34,616 nt of DNA from an uncultured Desulfurococcales archaeon. Lineage in GTDB: Archaea > Thermoproteota > Thermoprotei_A > Sulfolobales > WANQ01. Shown here piece by piece: positions 8,767 through 18,357 of this stretch. Position 1 is the stretch's first letter. Every line of letters begins with the position of its first letter. Where the stretch lies: NCBI GenBank assembly GCA_964637085.1, contig CAZWTS010000160.1, positions 1 to 34,616 of the forward strand, written 5' to 3'. Position numbers and translations under genes: made by a program. The notes below the pieces were generated by a model. That model did not search any database, was not told the origin of the DNA, and was given only the letters and a program-made list of their open reading frames with translations.

Positions 8767-9753
8767 CTACTCCCCCGCAAGCCTATTTCTAAAGTGATCC
8801 CATCCCAGGGGATTTATTCGTTTATTATCGTAGTAAACGCCTTCTCCCTCTCCAACAACTCCTATAATAAATATATTATAGTTCTTTTCTAATTCATCAA
8901 TTATATTATTGCATTCTTCATCTATGGTGAATAAAACCTCAAATTCCTCGCCACCATAGAGTGCAAGAGTAAGCGGCTCCATATTTACCTCACGAGCATA
9001 TCTTAGAGCTTCAGCGTGTATGGGTATGTGTTCTAAATACATCGCTACCTTGTTTTTAGTAGCCAATCGTCCAAGGGAGAAAGCAAGGCCATCACTAATG
9101 TCTGTTGAAGATGTTATACAAGGTCTATATTTCTTAACTATTTCGAGAAAGTATAGTGGTGCTTCTGGTCTTTTGGTTGATTTTACTATTTCTGGGTACT
9201 TCTTTTCTAATAAAGCTGGTTCATAGTTTATAGAATAAGCGTGGAATGCTGCACCTGTTAGACCATACCAACCAGTCACTCCTATATAATCGCCCCTTTT
9301 GGCTCCTCTAATACTAATAACTTTGTCTATTGGTAATCCTATACCACTTGCGTCTATCCATATATCAGTTCTCGATGCATTAGTATCACCACCTACAAAT
9401 AATGCGTCATAATTATGTGCCGAATCTCTTAGTCCCCTGACTATATCTATAACAACGTTAACTTGAATATCTCTTGGCATGCCTATAGATGCCATTATAG
9501 CAATGGGTTTTACGCCTTTTGCTATGAAATCGCTCGCAATCATGGTTGAAGCCTTCCATCCCATATCATAGAAATTATTCCAAGGTAGCATTGAATCATA
9601 TATAGAGAAACCATCTATCTTAAGTGCTATATCCCGTATTAGGGCTACATCATCGTCTCTTTCAAGCCCCGAATTGGTTTTATCGACGTATTCTAGGAGT
9701 ATTTCTATTACTTTCTTCTCGCCTATATCGCTAAGCCTACTCGAATAACTCAA
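8767..9753 (-). CDS. thiL: thiamine-monophosphate kinase-like protein (PurM/AIR synthase-related superfamily)
   Basis: LSDIGEKKVIEILL, DDDVALI, DMGWKASTMIASDFIAKGVKP and FVGGDTNAS match the ThiL pattern. TTG start. Confidence 0.7.
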   Translation of the reverse strand: MSYSSRLSDIGEKKVIEILLEYVDKTNSGLERDDDVALIRDIALKIDGFSIYDSMLPWNNFYDMGWKASTMIASDFIAKGVKPIAIMASIGMPRDIQVNVVIDIVRGLRDSAHNYDALFVGGDTNASRTDIWIDASGIGLPIDKVISIRGAKRGDYIGVTGWYGLTGAAFHAYSINYEPALLEKKYPEIVKSTKRPEAPLYFLEIVKKYRPCITSSTDISDGLAFSLGRLATKNKVAMYLEHIPIHAEALRYAREVNMEPLTLALYGGEEFEVLFTIDEECNNIIDELEKNYNIFIIGVVGEGEGVYYDNKRINPLGWDHFRNRLAGE

Positions 9754-9832
9754 GCATCAACCACCGTGTCATCAAATATTAACACATATATTCTGCCTTC
9801 AAATCTATCTAGAGTTAGTAGTGGTTTAAGCC

Positions 9833-11668
9833 TTGTGCGGTATAATAGGGATAGTTCAAAAAGGAAGAATACTAAAGAAGAGGTTAGGGACAGTTCTACG
9901 TGGGTGTCTCAAAAACCTAGAGTATAGAGGCTACGATTCAGTAGGATTCGCTATTATCACATGGGATGGTAAGCTTATCGTAAGGAAGAGTAAGGGTAAA
10001 ATAGATGACGTTTCACGCAAACTAGGCTTCGACGACTATGACGGTGTTTTAGGAATAGCTCATACAAGATGGGCTACGCATGGAAAACCTAGCGATATTA
10101 ATGCACACCCACATGTTGACTGTAAGAATAATATAGCTGTAGTTCATAACGGCATTATAGAGAACTATCAGGATTTGAAAGAGGAGTTATCCAAGCGGGG
10201 CCACTTTTTTGTAAGCGAAACTGATACGGAAATAATAGCACATCTAATAGAGGAATACAAAGATAAGGGTTACGATACTTTTACGGCTTTTAAGAAATCA
10301 ATAAAGGAGCTTAAAGGTGCCTATGCACTTGCTTTAATTGACAGGGACGAACCCGACAAGATATATTTTGCAAGAAATACATCACCTCTTGTTATAGGTT
10401 TAGGAGAAAAGATAATGTTCATATCGAGTGATATACCAGCGTTTCTCGAATATACTAATAAAGTAATAGTCTTGCAGGATGGAGAGATAGGCTATATAAC
10501 TGGAGAATCAGTTCACATAGAGAAAATCGATGGTACAGTAGTTGACGTATCTAAACGTATAAGAATTGTAGACTGGACACCAGAAATGGCCAAGAAGGCA
10601 GGATACCCGCATTTCATGTTAAAGGAAATACATGAACAACCACTAGCATTATCAAGCACGTTAGCGGGAATAGGCGTGGAAGTCGAGAAAATAGCTGAAG
10701 TTTTGGCTTCGGCTCAACGGGTATTCTTAACTGGTGCTGGAACCAGTTATCATGCTACTCTCATAGCCGAATACTTGTTGAATAATCTCGCTGAAATACC
10801 AGCATTCTCATTTATAGCCTCAGAGTATAATAGGTACGGTAAGATATTGGGTAAAAATGACGTATTAATAGCTGTCAGTCAATCTGGTGAAACTATAGAT
10901 ACATTAATGGCGGTTCGTAGGGCGAAAAAGAAAGGTGTATATATAGCCGCTATCTCGAATGTAATAGATAGTGCAATACCACGAGAATCAAATATAGCAA
11001 TATATACTCGTGCGGGACCCGAGATAGGTGTAGCAGCAACTAAAACCTTTACAACCCAGGTTTTCCTTCTATCATGGATTATTATCAGAGCTGCAGAGTT
11101 CAAAGGAGCAATATCGGAGAGGGAAGCTACTACACTATACGGTCTTCTAAGAAGGCTACCTGAATATGCCAGAGATATTATTAGTGTAAATGAAATAATT
11201 GCTAAGAAGATAGCCCGGGACATGGCTGAAAAACAGAGCTCCTATTATCTTGGTAGAGGGTTAGCAGTACCTGTTGCAATGGAGGGTGCTCTAAAGTTGA
11301 AAGAAATAGCATATATTCACGCAGAAGCATATCCAGCTGGGGAAAGTAAGCACGGTCCGATAGCGCTAGTTGAACACGGTTTTCCAGTACTATTTACAAT
11401 TTTTGATGATGAATATAAGGATTTGATCCTTGCAAACATAGAGGAAATGCGTGCACGTGGGGCCTGGATTATAGTGAATACTTTCAATGGTAATGAGAAA
11501 GCGCTAAGACTGTCAGATAATGCTTTCAAAATCCCTAGGATACAACATTGGGTAGCACCAATATTACATATAATCCCCTATCAATTATTAGCGTACTATA
11601 CTTCAATACGAAAAGGCTTTGATCCAGATAAGCCGAGAAATTTAGCTAAGACTGTTACAGTAGAGTAA
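9833..11668 (+). CDS. glmS: glutamine--fructose-6-phosphate aminotransferase (isomerizing)
   Basis: TTG start followed directly by TGC, giving the obligatory N-terminal nucleophile (M)CGIIGIV. Also HTRWATHG, two SIS domains (SQSGETIDT) and a C-terminal KPRNLAKTVTVE. Confidence 0.95.
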   Translation: MCGIIGIVQKGRILKKRLGTVLRGCLKNLEYRGYDSVGFAIITWDGKLIVRKSKGKIDDVSRKLGFDDYDGVLGIAHTRWATHGKPSDINAHPHVDCKNNIAVVHNGIIENYQDLKEELSKRGHFFVSETDTEIIAHLIEEYKDKGYDTFTAFKKSIKELKGAYALALIDRDEPDKIYFARNTSPLVIGLGEKIMFISSDIPAFLEYTNKVIVLQDGEIGYITGESVHIEKIDGTVVDVSKRIRIVDWTPEMAKKAGYPHFMLKEIHEQPLALSSTLAGIGVEVEKIAEVLASAQRVFLTGAGTSYHATLIAEYLLNNLAEIPAFSFIASEYNRYGKILGKNDVLIAVSQSGETIDTLMAVRRAKKKGVYIAAISNVIDSAIPRESNIAIYTRAGPEIGVAATKTFTTQVFLLSWIIIRAAEFKGAISEREATTLYGLLRRLPEYARDIISVNEIIAKKIARDMAEKQSSYYLGRGLAVPVAMEGALKLKEIAYIHAEAYPAGESKHGPIALVEHGFPVLFTIFDDEYKDLILANIEEMRARGAWIIVNTFNGNEKALRLSDNAFKIPRIQHWVAPILHIIPYQLLAYYTSIRKGFDPDKPRNLAKTVTVE

Positions 11669-11685
11669 TATAGAGGTGTGAGATT

Positions 11686-12870
11686 TTGAACCTTATTATG
11701 GTGATATTGGCTGGAGGAGCGGGACAGAGGATTATTGATATAACAAACGGTAAGCCTAAGGTTCTTTTGGATATTGCTGGGAAGACCATAATTGAGTACA
11801 CAATACTCAATGCGATAGACTTGAACTTAACAGACATAGTTATAGTAACAGACAAGCCAGAAGAATTCGAGGATATATCAGTTAAATATGGGAGAAGGAT
11901 AAGAATAGACCTTGTAAAACAAAGGGAGCCGGAAATAAGAGGGGCTATCTTATCAGTAAAGGATAGAATAGGAAATGAATTTTTCATATTAGCGTATGGT
12001 GATGTTCTTGCGCCAGTAGAATTTTATCGTGATGTAATAGACGCATATCGTGTATACCATCGGCCAGTCATGGCTGTTGTGCCAGAGGAGGATGTTACAT
12101 CCTATGGTGCTGCTATATTAGATGAACGCGGTATTGTGAGGAAGGTTATAGAAAAACCAAGGAAGAATATATCGGGCGCATATGCTATAGGGGGTTTATA
12201 TGTTTTAGATAAATCATTCTTTGAAATACTTGAGGAATCTGAAGATACTGGTGAAGCCATATCAAGATATTCTCTAAAATATGGAATATTAGCTTCTGTT
12301 TGGAGTGGGTGGTGGGTCGACATAGGATTCCCATGGGATCTATTAAAGGCAACATACTATGTGCTCGGAGAGACAAAAAACACCATTATATCTCCAAAAG
12401 CAGTTATATCCTCAAAAGCCTCATTAAAAGGGCCAGTTATAATCGAAGACGACGCCGTAATTGACGACTACGCCATCATTAAAGGACCCGTATATGTGGG
12501 TAAGGGGTCCTATATTGGTAGTCATACATTAATAAGAGAGTATACTGATATAGAACGAAATGTTATAGTGTCATCATATTCTGAAATAGTTTGGTCAAGT
12601 ATGCAAAAGAATTCGACCATAGGTAGGAATGTCTATCTTGGTTTTAGTGTTGTTGGTGAAGGTGCGGTTATAGAGCCCAACGTTACGACGATGACTTTGC
12701 TCAAAAATACTGGTATTAGACCTATAGTTGTTAAAAGAAGGGGCCAAGAATATTCGAAACTTGGAGCATTTATAGGAGCGAGAAGTAGGGTTAAAGTAGG
12801 TTCAGTTCTCTCGCCAGGCACGCTTGTAAAGAGATCGTCTATCTATTCGGGTACAGAACATTCTGATTAA
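11686..12870 (+). CDS. sugar-1-phosphate nucleotidylyltransferase with C-terminal left-handed beta-helix (archaeal GlmU-like, ST0452 type)
   Basis: N-terminal ILAGGAGQR...GKPKVLL nucleotidyltransferase signature. The C-terminal third has hexapeptide-repeat character (VIIEDDAVIDDYAIIKGPVYVGKGSYIG). It lies 17 nt downstream of glmS. Confidence 0.75.
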   Translation: MNLIMVILAGGAGQRIIDITNGKPKVLLDIAGKTIIEYTILNAIDLNLTDIVIVTDKPEEFEDISVKYGRRIRIDLVKQREPEIRGAILSVKDRIGNEFFILAYGDVLAPVEFYRDVIDAYRVYHRPVMAVVPEEDVTSYGAAILDERGIVRKVIEKPRKNISGAYAIGGLYVLDKSFFEILEESEDTGEAISRYSLKYGILASVWSGWWVDIGFPWDLLKATYYVLGETKNTIISPKAVISSKASLKGPVIIEDDAVIDDYAIIKGPVYVGKGSYIGSHTLIREYTDIERNVIVSSYSEIVWSSMQKNSTIGRNVYLGFSVVGEGAVIEPNVTTMTLLKNTGIRPIVVKRRGQEYSKLGAFIGARSRVKVGSVLSPGTLVKRSSIYSGTEHSD

Positions 12871-13091
12871 CCACCACTAACAACGGGCATTATCACTACG
12901 TTATCACTATTTCTTATGATAGTGTCTTTGCTTGCTGGTTTATTATTTACAAGTATTATTACATGATCTTCTCTTATTTCAGTTAGTATAGGTAAAAAAT
13001 CTGTTATTCTAATAGGCTTGCTCAAGGGGATTTCTTTTTCCCTAAATCCAACTTTCTCTGCTATCCAACCTAAGACTTTTACTTTAGCCAT
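12867..13091 (-). CDS. MoaD/ThiS-family ubiquitin-like small protein with C-terminal Gly-Gly
   Basis: 74 aa ending ...VVIMPVVSGG then stop. It starts 4 nt after the AOR stop on the same strand. Confidence 0.7.
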   Translation of the reverse strand: MAKVKVLGWIAEKVGFREKEIPLSKPIRITDFLPILTEIREDHVIILVNNKPASKDTIIRNSDNVVIMPVVSGG

Positions 13092-13095
13092 AGTA

Positions 13096-14928
13096 TCACG
13101 GTGTTAAATTGACGTATTTTTCTAGTTCAGATACAACATCTCGTAGACCTAGTTTCTCTAGCGTAGACTTTCTAGGTATACCGCGTTCATCCCATCCCCT
13201 AGTCTCATAGTACCAGGTTAGCATTTGATCATATTTTTCTAAATCGAGTTTAGCGCCTTTAAGGGGTCCTTTGGTTAATGGCTCCTTAAACCATCTCATG
13301 GGCGGATAATCCATTCTTCTATTCCATTGTTTACCGTATTCTCGTACCCAGAAGGCCCTTATTAGGCTATAGACTCTATCCGCTATTGTATAGTATTCTT
13401 CAAATGTAATCTTTACTCCTGTAGCATAGTAGAACAGTTTAGTATAATATTCTAATTTAAGTCCTAGTTCTATCCATGGTAGTCTGCAGGCTACAAGGGT
13501 TTCGAATATTCCCCCTCTAATACGCTGCAATTCTATTACTTTTTCTACCTTCTCTTTCGTGTAGTCAAATCTACCAGTACGTACCTCCCATGAAATAACC
13601 CACGCGTCTTTATGGTGTGCCCCTATAGGTGACGTTCCATAAGCTAATGCCATTGCGGGAGCGGCATGACAATCATAAGCTGATACCTCAAGTCCCTTAA
13701 CCTGGATAGCCCATTCAATAGAATTATTACCTATTTTCTCTGCTATACGCTTCGTTCCCTCAGCTAATAGGTCTCCTATGCCTCTACGATAAGCAATATC
13801 GATTATGAGCTCCCTTGCCCGCTTATAGTCGCCCCATTCTATTTTTTCTTCTAATAACCTCTTTTCTGAAGCCTCCATAGCGAACCCTAGTACATTTCCG
13901 AGAGAGATAGTGTCGATACCTAGCTTGTCGGCTAGTTTGTTTAAGACGGCGACTTTTCCTAGATGGCCTAATCCTATATTTGAGCCTAACATAGCTACGT
14001 TCTCATAGTCTAATTCGCTCATTTCTCCCTCAACATCTATGACAACGTTACCGCAAGTCATATTGCAATTGGGGCATCCCCTCTGTGTAATTTTTGAGGC
14101 TTCCATGGAATAGCCGTCTATTAGTCTATAATAGTCGAAAACTCCTTCGCGGAAGTTTGTTGTAGGTAAAACACTATTCTCATTACTCCATTCAATAGTC
14201 ATCATGGTTCCTTGCCGCATCCAGAAATCATATTGTGGTGCATTCTTTATATCGGCATAGGCTTGTGCTGCGGTTCTCAGTAACTCTTTTTTATCATATA
14301 CGGGTATATCCCCTGTCCCGCGTATAACTATGGCTTTCAATTTCTTGGAACCCATAACTGCTCCCATACCAGGCCTACCGCCACTCCTCCCCTCTTGAGA
14401 TATTATTGTTGCATACCGTACTTTATTCTCGCCTGCAGGACCTATCAGTAATACACCAACGTCTTTACCATGTATTTCCTTCAATAGGCGTTCGGTTTCG
14501 AAAGTATCTCTACCCCATAGACCTTCAGCGCTTAATATATCAACGGTGTCATCTTCGATGTATATGTATACTGGCTTACGAGCGGCTCCTTCAATGACTA
14601 TAGCATCATAACCAGCCTTACGTAGGTGTAAGGATGCGTTAGTACCTATATTTCCATCACCGTATCCCCCTGTCAGCGGGCTTTTAGCTGCAACAACTAA
14701 TTTACCAGTACTTGGTCCAACAATACCAGTTAAAGGGCCAGCAGCAATTATCAACTTGTTTTCCGGGGATAATGGGTTAATTCCTGGTTTTAATTCGTCC
14801 CAGAGTATCTTTGCTGCAAGTCCGCGTCCACCAATGAATTTGAGTAAGAAGTTGTCATTGATTTTTTGTACTTGTACCTTCTTATTAGAGAGATTTATTC
14901 TTAGTATCTGCCCATTCCAGCCCTTCAA
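13096..14928 (-). CDS. aor: aldehyde:ferredoxin oxidoreductase family tungstopterin enzyme
   Basis: 610 aa. The N-terminus (M)[13 protein letters not shown] parallels the AOR-family MYGWWGR..VNL start. Also [26 protein letters not shown] and a CPNCNMTCG cluster region. TTG start. The subfamily (AOR/FOR/WOR) is not resolvable by eye. Confidence 0.88.
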   Translation of the reverse strand: MKGWNGQILRINLSNKKVQVQKINDNFLLKFIGGRGLAAKILWDELKPGINPLSPENKLIIAAGPLTGIVGPSTGKLVVAAKSPLTGGYGDGNIGTNASLHLRKAGYDAIVIEGAARKPVYIYIEDDTVDILSAEGLWGRDTFETERLLKEIHGKDVGVLLIGPAGENKVRYATIISQEGRSGGRPGMGAVMGSKKLKAIVIRGTGDIPVYDKKELLRTAAQAYADIKNAPQYDFWMRQGTMMTIEWSNENSVLPTTNFREGVFDYYRLIDGYSMEASKITQRGCPNCNMTCGNVVIDVEGEMSELDYENVAMLGSNIGLGHLGKVAVLNKLADKLGIDTISLGNVLGFAMEASEKRLLEEKIEWGDYKRARELIIDIAYRRGIGDLLAEGTKRIAEKIGNNSIEWAIQVKGLEVSAYDCHAAPAMALAYGTSPIGAHHKDAWVISWEVRTGRFDYTKEKVEKVIELQRIRGGIFETLVACRLPWIELGLKLEYYTKLFYYATGVKITFEEYYTIADRVYSLIRAFWVREYGKQWNRRMDYPPMRWFKEPLTKGPLKGAKLDLEKYDQMLTWYYETRGWDERGIPRKSTLEKLGLRDVVSELEKYVNLTP

Positions 14929-15042
14929 GAAGCCACCCTATTCTTTTAAGCTAGTAGTTGTATTTAAAGAACACTTTTATTAGTTTCATTTACATTAACT
15001 TTATTTCTCCCGTAAGCAGTAATATAAAGTGCGGACCCTGCC

Positions 15043-15213
15043 TTGAGCGATAGGATAAAATTGGACATAAATAATATATTAGATGCAACATTAGTAAAAG
15101 GAAAAATACGTTTTCTTACAAAAGATGGAATAATAGAATTGACGGGTAAAAAAGCGCGCGAATTATATTGGAAAGTTAAAATAAGAAATAGACGTAAGGC
15201 TTTTGGACTATAA
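15043..15213 (+). CDS. unannotated small basic ORF (51-57 aa), hypothetical
   Basis: Open frame from the stop at 15025-15027 to TAA 15211-15213. Possible starts are TTG 15043 or TTG 15061 (MDINNILDATLVKGKIRFLTKDGIIELTGKKARELYWKVKIRNRRKAFGL). A TATA-like AATATAAA lies at 15021-15028. It is below the ORF track cut-off and no homology is recognised. Confidence 0.25.
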   Translation: MSDRIKLDINNILDATLVKGKIRFLTKDGIIELTGKKARELYWKVKIRNRRKAFGL

Positions 15214-15215
15214 TT

Positions 15216-15932
15216 TTAATCCTCTCTATCCCTCCATACAGTATTAAATATCGCGTATATCTCTCTTGCCCTTTTCTCTCCAATCCCCTCTATCTTCATT
15301 AATTCATTAACACTAGCATTGGCTATATTTTTCAATGTTTTGAAATGTTTCAGTAACTTTCTTGCTATCATGGGTCCCATTATGCTTTCAGTGACATATA
15401 ATATTCTATCGTTTAACGACATTGGCTTTTTCTCAACTCTTAATCTGAAGACTCTCTTTTTACTAGTATTGCCCAGACTCTTAGCCTTGGCTATAAGCCA
15501 TTGAAAGGTTGCCTCCTTATTGGGAACGGGTAGTATCTTTATGTTATAGGATATTAGGAGTTCATCAATTATTCTTAGAACTGCAGTGATATTCCATTTC
15601 GTGAACCGCTTTATAATGCTTAAGCTTCCCTCTAAAATTATTATAGGTATAGCGTTTTCTTCTTCGGCAGCTTTCTTTAATAATACTGACTGTTCCCATA
15701 TCCTATTGTCTCTTATACTGTTTAGAAAATCGGTTATGCTTTTTCTTTCAACAAGTATGGGATTTTTGTCTTCAGGAGCCAGTAGATAGTAATCTCCTAC
15801 ATCGAGCTTCATAACAGCTACTTTCAAGCCTTTCGCTCGTATTTTTTCTATATATTGTTGCTGTTTAGAGTATTCACGGCTATCAACAACGATATCTACT
15901 GGTGCAAGTAGTTTTCCTGAAATTATTCCCAT
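15216..15932 (-). CDS. xpf: short crenarchaeal-type XPF/ERCC4 structure-specific endonuclease with C-terminal (HhH)2
   Basis: 238 aa. ERCC4 nuclease core VDSRE...GDYYL...VERKSITDF. C-terminal HhH (LMKIEGIGEKRAREIY). No helicase domain, as in crenarchaeal XPF. Confidence 0.85.
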   Translation of the reverse strand: MGIISGKLLAPVDIVVDSREYSKQQQYIEKIRAKGLKVAVMKLDVGDYYLLAPEDKNPILVERKSITDFLNSIRDNRIWEQSVLLKKAAEEENAIPIIILEGSLSIIKRFTKWNITAVLRIIDELLISYNIKILPVPNKEATFQWLIAKAKSLGNTSKKRVFRLRVEKKPMSLNDRILYVTESIMGPMIARKLLKHFKTLKNIANASVNELMKIEGIGEKRAREIYAIFNTVWRDRED

Positions 15933-16021
15933 ATTTTATCATCTCGCTCCGATCACACTAGGCATTTATATACAGTATTAGTATTCTTAGACTTATCTGG
16001 AAATAGTATTGACACAAGCTA

Positions 16022-16378
16022 GTGGTGTATTCGGGTGCTATTATGGATCAAAATAGGATAAGAGTCTACCGCAACGCTGACATAAAGCGTGTAGTAGCGT
16101 ATATTCCTCCAGGGCATCGACATACAAGAATCTTAATTGAGACTATAGATGGCGATATAATAGTATTTCAAGAGGCTACGATAGCTGGTATTGTTAGAGC
16201 TTACGTTAATGTTTCGTTACACCCGCAAAGACAAGCAGTTGAATTAGTTTCAAGAGTAATGCTTCCTCGCGAGAAAAAACCAGGATTTGCTAGAGACCAG
16301 TTAATAGAATCAGGAAGGAGTGAAAAAGAAATTTTTGAGGAGCTGAAAAACATTATATTTTACGAGGAAAAAAGTTAA
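16022..16378 (+). CDS. hypothetical protein
   Basis: 118-aa ORF (alternative ATG at 16043), divergent from xpf. No recognisable motifs. Coding status rests on length and lack of a competing ORF. Confidence 0.45.
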   Translation: MVYSGAIMDQNRIRVYRNADIKRVVAYIPPGHRHTRILIETIDGDIIVFQEATIAGIVRAYVNVSLHPQRQAVELVSRVMLPREKKPGFARDQLIESGRSEKEIFEELKNIIFYEEKS

Positions 16379-16467
16379 ATATATGTTTGAAAGGTTTGGC
16401 TATAACGTTTTTAGTCTTTTTGTAGATAAATACTATCCGTGAACCTAATTAATGTTAAGGTGATTTA

Positions 16468-18357
16468 ATGTCTCTTGCTGAGAGAGTTCTAGCAAGACCG
16501 GGTGAGAAAGTTCTACTAATGGGTAATGAAGCTATAGCGAGAGGGGTAATAGAGTCCAACGTAAGAGTTGCCGCTGGCTATCCCGGGACGCCTTCAAGTG
16601 AGATTATAATGACCTTAAGCCCCCTCTCTAGAAAAATTGGAATGTATGCTGAATGGGCTACAAATGAAAAAGTAGCCTTTGAAATAGCCTTAGGAGCCGC
16701 CATGAGTGGCATTAGGAGTCTTGTAACAATGAAGGCTCCTGGCTTTAATGTTGCTTCAGATTCTATTGTTTCGGCAGCGTATACAGGTGTCAATAAGGGT
16801 ATGATAATAGTCGTCGCTGATGATCCGGGGCCCCATACGACTCAAACAGAACAAGATAATAGATGGGCTGCCAAGCTCGCAAAACTACCTATGATAGAGC
16901 CCTCAAACGTTCAAGAAGCACTTGACTACGTGAAAAAATCATATACGTTATCTGAGGCTCTCAGCTTACCAGTAATATATAGAACAACTACGAGAATAAA
17001 CCACACGGTTAGCGATGTAGTTGTAGGAGAATACTCTATAATTGATCAAGAGGTCTTTGTCGAATATAATCCAGAGCGGTATATAAGAGCATCTATGTCT
17101 TGGAATAGGAAGCGGCACGAATGGTTGCTCGAGCAATTATCGAAGGCTGAAAAATATGCTAGAGAACTAGGATTTAATAGAATTGAAGGCAGCGGAGAAA
17201 ACTGTATCCTAACATCGGGGGTATCTTACACGTATGTTAAGGAGAGTTTAAGAAAACTAGAAGTTGAAACAAAAATCATCAAGTTGGAACTAACGTATCC
17301 ATGGCCCGAAGATTTCTTAGTGAATTGTATTGATGATTGCAAACGCATACTTGTAGTAGAGGAACTAGATCCTTATCTCGAGGAACATTTAAGACTAACA
17401 GTCCAGAAACATGATTTAGAAGCACACGTATGGGGTAAAAGGGAAGCTGGAATCCCATTTACTGGTGAACTTACACCTACAATAGCATTAAAGGCTCTTT
17501 CAAGGTTTTTAAACAAAGAGAATCTGATAGATAAGAATGTGGCAAATCGTGTAAGCAAAGTAGTTTTGCCTCAGCGTCCCCCACCAATGTGTCCTGGTTG
17601 TCCTCATAGGGGCTCTTATATGGGATTATTAAGGGCTATCCAAAAATCTGGTTATCGTAAAAGAGAAGTACCCATAATGGGTGATATAGGATGTTATGCT
17701 TTATCACTTGAACCCCCACTGGAAGCTATTTGGACTGAACATGCTATGGGAGCGAGCATAGGATTAGCCTTGGGGATAAAGATAGCTGGATACGATAAAC
17801 CCGTGATTGCAACTATAGGAGACTCAACATTCTTTCATGCGGGCATGCCTGCTCTTGTGGAGGCGGTTAACAAGAATATTGATCTATTAGTAATGATATT
17901 AGATAATATATCCATAGCTATGACGGGTCACCAGTCTACACCGGAGTTTATGGAAACAGAAAGCGGTAGGAAAGTGAAACCAGTAAAAATAGAGGACGTA
18001 GTAAGGGGTATAGGTGTAGAATATGTTAGAATTGTTGATCCATTTAATTTAGAAGAAGTAGTAACAGCAGTAACGGAGGCTCTTAGGAAACCTGGTGTTA
18101 AAGTTATAATAGCTAGGAGAGAGTGTGCGCTTCAAGCATGGCGCAGGGGAATATCCTATAAGCCACCATTAATAGATCGTTCAAAGTGTACTGATTGTAT
18201 GGCCTGTGTTAGAGCGACTGGCTGTCCAGCTATAATAGATAATAATGGTAAACCCCTCATAATTGAAGATCAATGTTATGGTTGTAACCTGTGTGCACAA
18301 GTATGTCCCTTTGATGCGTTTATTTTAAGAGACAATCCATTAAAGGTGAAGAAATAA
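16468..18357 (+). CDS. iorA: indolepyruvate:ferredoxin oxidoreductase alpha subunit
   Basis: 629 aa. N-terminal GNEAIARG...AGYPGTPSSEI, a TPP-binding region GDSTFFHAG, and a C-terminal 2x[4Fe-4S] ferredoxin domain (CTDCMACVRATGCP, CYGCNLCAQVCP). Confidence 0.9.
   Translation: MSLAERVLARPGEKVLLMGNEAIARGVIESNVRVAAGYPGTPSSEIIMTLSPLSRKIGMYAEWATNEKVAFEIALGAAMSGIRSLVTMKAPGFNVASDSIVSAAYTGVNKGMIIVVADDPGPHTTQTEQDNRWAAKLAKLPMIEPSNVQEALDYVKKSYTLSEALSLPVIYRTTTRINHTVSDVVVGEYSIIDQEVFVEYNPERYIRASMSWNRKRHEWLLEQLSKAEKYARELGFNRIEGSGENCILTSGVSYTYVKESLRKLEVETKIIKLELTYPWPEDFLVNCIDDCKRILVVEELDPYLEEHLRLTVQKHDLEAHVWGKREAGIPFTGELTPTIALKALSRFLNKENLIDKNVANRVSKVVLPQRPPPMCPGCPHRGSYMGLLRAIQKSGYRKREVPIMGDIGCYALSLEPPLEAIWTEHAMGASIGLALGIKIAGYDKPVIATIGDSTFFHAGMPALVEAVNKNIDLLVMILDNISIAMTGHQSTPEFMETESGRKVKPVKIEDVVRGIGVEYVRIVDPFNLEEVVTAVTEALRKPGVKVIIARRECALQAWRRGISYKPPLIDRSKCTDCMACVRATGCPAIIDNNGKPLIIEDQCYGCNLCAQVCPFDAFILRDNPLKVKK

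Noticed and set aside
9755-9790. UUGAUGA (complement of 9769-9775) upstream of thiL on the minus strand, as a possible third C/D sRNA
   Set aside because: There is no CUGA at the required 12-nt spacing, no second box pair and no terminal stem. It sits in the thiL 5' leader.
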